A DNA stretch of 64,000 bases from Camelus ferus (lineage: Eukaryota): the NCBI RefSeq assembly GCF_009834535.1, contig NC_045696.1:107138001-107202000 (forward strand). The letters are read 5' to 3'. The notes beneath the pieces were generated by a model. It had not been told where the DNA came from, did no database searches, and saw only the letters and a program-made list of their open reading frames with translations. Of this stretch, positions 60,953 to 64,000 are shown one piece after another. Each line of letters begins with the position of its first letter. The first letter of the stretch is position 1. Position numbers and translations under genes: made by a program.

Positions 60953-63039
60953 TTCTAGAACATTAAAGTGAAACAGCACCATCTGAGAATTTCAGGAGGT
61001 ACAAAACTGTTGTCCCACAGGTTAGAACAAACTTTCAAGCGAGGTTCAGCCGATGTCTATTTTTTTTTTCATTTGAATTAGTTTTTAAAATTTAAAATTC
61101 AGATGTATTAGAAAAATCTGGATTTCTAGTTTCTCATTTCAAACTTGGAGATCAGGTAGCTCTGGCTCCCATGCTCTCCTGGCAGTAAACTGCTTGAACC
61201 TGAGAAGCAGCTGCTTTTTCAGCTGGGACACTTTTGCCACGGTCCCCACATCTCTCCCTATTACATCACATTTATTGCACCGTACACCCCTTTTTTTTTT
61301 TTTTTTTGCACTTGTTTGGGTCCCAGAAGCATCTGAGCTCACAAACCCCACTTTCTGTGAAGCACACAAAGTCAGACTTGGGATGGTTCATCAAAGAATG
61401 ACTAACGTGAGGCCATCTTTCTGCTTGCTGCCCATAGTCCAGTCGAATCTGACAGCAAGAGGAGAAAGAATAAAGTGAGTCAGAGAAAGGAAAGGAAGAC
61501 CCTCTAGCTCCAGAGCTTCCATCCCCATGAAGCAATTATGGATGAAAGACAGGGAAAAGACAATATCTTTTAAAACAGGGAATACACACTGAGCAGTCCT
61601 AATGTCGTTTTCCTTGCATGTACATTTTTGCTTTAGACTGCTCCTTGGTGATATCAACTTGAATGGAAAGGCATTTTTAATGGTATATTTCAGAGGGCAA
61701 CCATCACCAACCATAAAGTTATAGATGTGGACATGACATGTTGAATCCAAACAGACAAACACTTGCAAACTCCATCAGACTTTTTGAAGCTTTGTCAAGG
61801 ATTTCCACTTGGTAATTTTCCATGGTTTAATTGGAAAGATGTGTGGATTGTGCCAGGTTGGCTGGAAGCTGCTTTTTAATAGTTGAGAGGATTGCCTATA
61901 ACGAATGCAAATGTTGAAGTGCAGCGAGGCTATACTAAAGTCAAGGGCTGAGGGGGGGCAGATGGCGGTGGTGATGCGCGGCTCCCGGACCTGTCTGGGG
62001 TCTGAGGGACACTAGTGATCTGTTTCTCACACAGCACTGTGGGAAAGGCATATATGCAGAGACACTGTCCACTTTAAAATCTGGGGAGAAACAGAATAAA
62101 AATTAAAAGCTTTCCGGAACAGACATTGGGACAACGTTGGAAGGATGGTTAGAAGAACAGAGACGCGAAAGGTGGCCAAGAGGCGTGGCATCTGTCTCCC
62201 CAGACGAAAGTGGTCATTCTCTCATAGAATCTCCTTGTCTCTTGGTCTCATCTCAGCTGCTTCGTTTCCTCCAAAAGCTATTTTTAAGGTGTGGCTCATA
62301 ATGCATTAGGATTCCTAGGAGCTCTTGCCATTCGAGGGCTTTTCTTGTGCACCTGAAATTCTATAACGGACCCTTTATATGGTTCTTCTCTGCCCCCTTA
62401 CTCTGTGGCTTCCTAACAACACACTGAGTCTTGGGCGGATCCGAGTGCTCCCTGAGCCTCATGTCAGGAGGAAACTCTGCGGGGTCACTGAATGTAGGAC
62501 CAGAAGAGAGAAAACGAGGGAGGGTGTTAAGAGTGGAATAGCCCATGAGCAGAGGGTAAGCGTGGGCAACAGAGTTGAGAGGAAAGCCAAAAAGGGTGAC
62601 TACCAGATGCAGTCCAGCCGAGGAGGCTGAGCTTTTCACCATGTACGGGGAAAAGAGCTTGCAACCTGCTGAGCCAGGAATGCCCCTCCCATCATCACTG
62701 TCATCATCATCATTCTGGGTTCATTCAGGGATTCTTCTTTTATTACCCAGCTCTGCTTCCACTCACGACAGAGGAGCAATCATCAGACCAGATAAATTTT
62801 AAAACCTGATCAAAATATAAAACCAACTTCCTTAAGTCACTGGAAAGCAACCCAAAGTTGACACTTGGAAGAAGGGAATGTCTCTGGGTGAGTTTCCCAC
62901 TTTTTTTTTTTTTACAGTTCTGGGTCTGTAGGCAGGTTTCTCTTGGTGCCATGAACAGTGACAGTCCTGCTGGCTTGAAGAACCAGAAAACAGATACGGG
63001 TGCAAACACAGAAGTTAGAAAGTGAGAGGACCAGAGGTA

Positions 63040-63550
63040 AGCGTTAATGGACTAGACGTTCCAATTACGTGGCAGAGGTTGTTGGAATGGATTTATTTAA
63101 AAGAAAAAAATCTCTATGCTGCTTCAAGAGAGATTTTAAATCTGAGGACACAGGTAAGTTTAAGGTAAAAATATGGAAGAAGACACCCCATACAAATAGT
63201 AAACAAAAAAAGGGCCACATTGATAGCAGGAGAAGGAGTACTGCCAGAGATAAAGAGGGACATTTCATGATGATAAAAAGACTCAGTGACTCAGGAAGAC
63301 CTATCAATCAGAAATATGTATGCACCTAAGTACATGAAGGAAAAATTGACATAAAAGGAGAAACAGACACATTCACACTCATAGTTAGAGATTTTTGGTG
63401 TCTCTCAATAACCAATAAAACTACATCAAAAAAAAATCAGTAAGGACAAAGACGATCTGAATAGTATTATCAAACATTTTGGCCCAATTTATATCTATCA
63501 AACATCACCCCAACAACTGCAAAATACACATCCTTTCATGCTTCAAGGAA
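63040..63550 (+). mobile_element. LINE-1 ORF2 endonuclease-domain fragment (degenerate)
   Basis: ORF 63069-63329 (LCCF...KVKIWKK..H.N..QKK...RDKEGHFMMIK) matches the L1 endonuclease pattern. Frameshifted. Confidence 0.8.
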
Positions 63551-64000
63551 CCCTGAGCCCCTCATGTTCTGGCTGAAGGGAACGCAACACCCCCCACCCC
63601 CCCACCATCCCCTGTGTCCGATACATCCCACTGCCTTTATGTTCCGCAGTAAACCATTCAGTCATCCGGAGGGGCTGGAGGGAAACTGATGCAAAGTACA
63701 CTGGTTGGTAAGCATCATGGAAAGGGGAAAATGAAATGAGCCAATATATGTAAAGTCTTAGAATGGTGCCTGGCCCTTAACCCTAGTTAGGGCTACTGTC
63801 CCCTAAAGTCGTGACCCCCTAGAAGTCCCGGAAAGAAAGGATAATAGGGTTGGGGGAGGGGGTCCTGAGGACTGGGCTGCAGGGAGGATTCATCCCCCTG
63901 TGAAGGGGGAGCACGGCCCATGCTCTCAGGGCCAGGAGACTTCCCAGGAGGGCCTCCTTCCAGAGGGACTCCAGGCGGAAAAGGAATTACACAGATGTGT

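Noticed and set aside
1..64000. ORFs in the six-frame track as host protein-coding genes
   Set aside because: All are short, many start at non-ATG codons, none resembles a cellular protein I recognise, and they form no coherent exon chain. The only recognisable peptides are L1 ORF2 and ERVL pol remnants.

Overview
This is mammalian genomic DNA, most likely camelid (alpaca, camel or vicuna), because it holds five copies of a tRNA-Ala-derived SINE matching the camelid Vic-1 family. I find no credible host protein-coding exon; the ORF track is mostly noise or repeat-derived. About half the window is recognisable transposable-element fossils: L1 fragments (many 3' ends with clear target-site duplications, TSDs), L2, MIR, MaLR and ERVL LTRs, and hAT and Tc1/mariner-type DNA elements. 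The most notable items are a full-length U6 snRNA retrocopy with TSD (41251-41367), an L1 with both ends and a TSD but a multi-kb internal deletion (9762-12517), a young-looking solo ERV1-type LTR (47954-48363), a decayed and rearranged ERVL/MLT2 provirus (~48397-52995), and a 27-bp-arm inverted repeat (45718-45834). Several unique patches look regulatory. Repeat subfamily names come from recalled consensus sequences, not a database search, and many boundaries are approximate. I found no convincing evidence of a new biological system; the findings are mostly modest structural observations and hypotheses.
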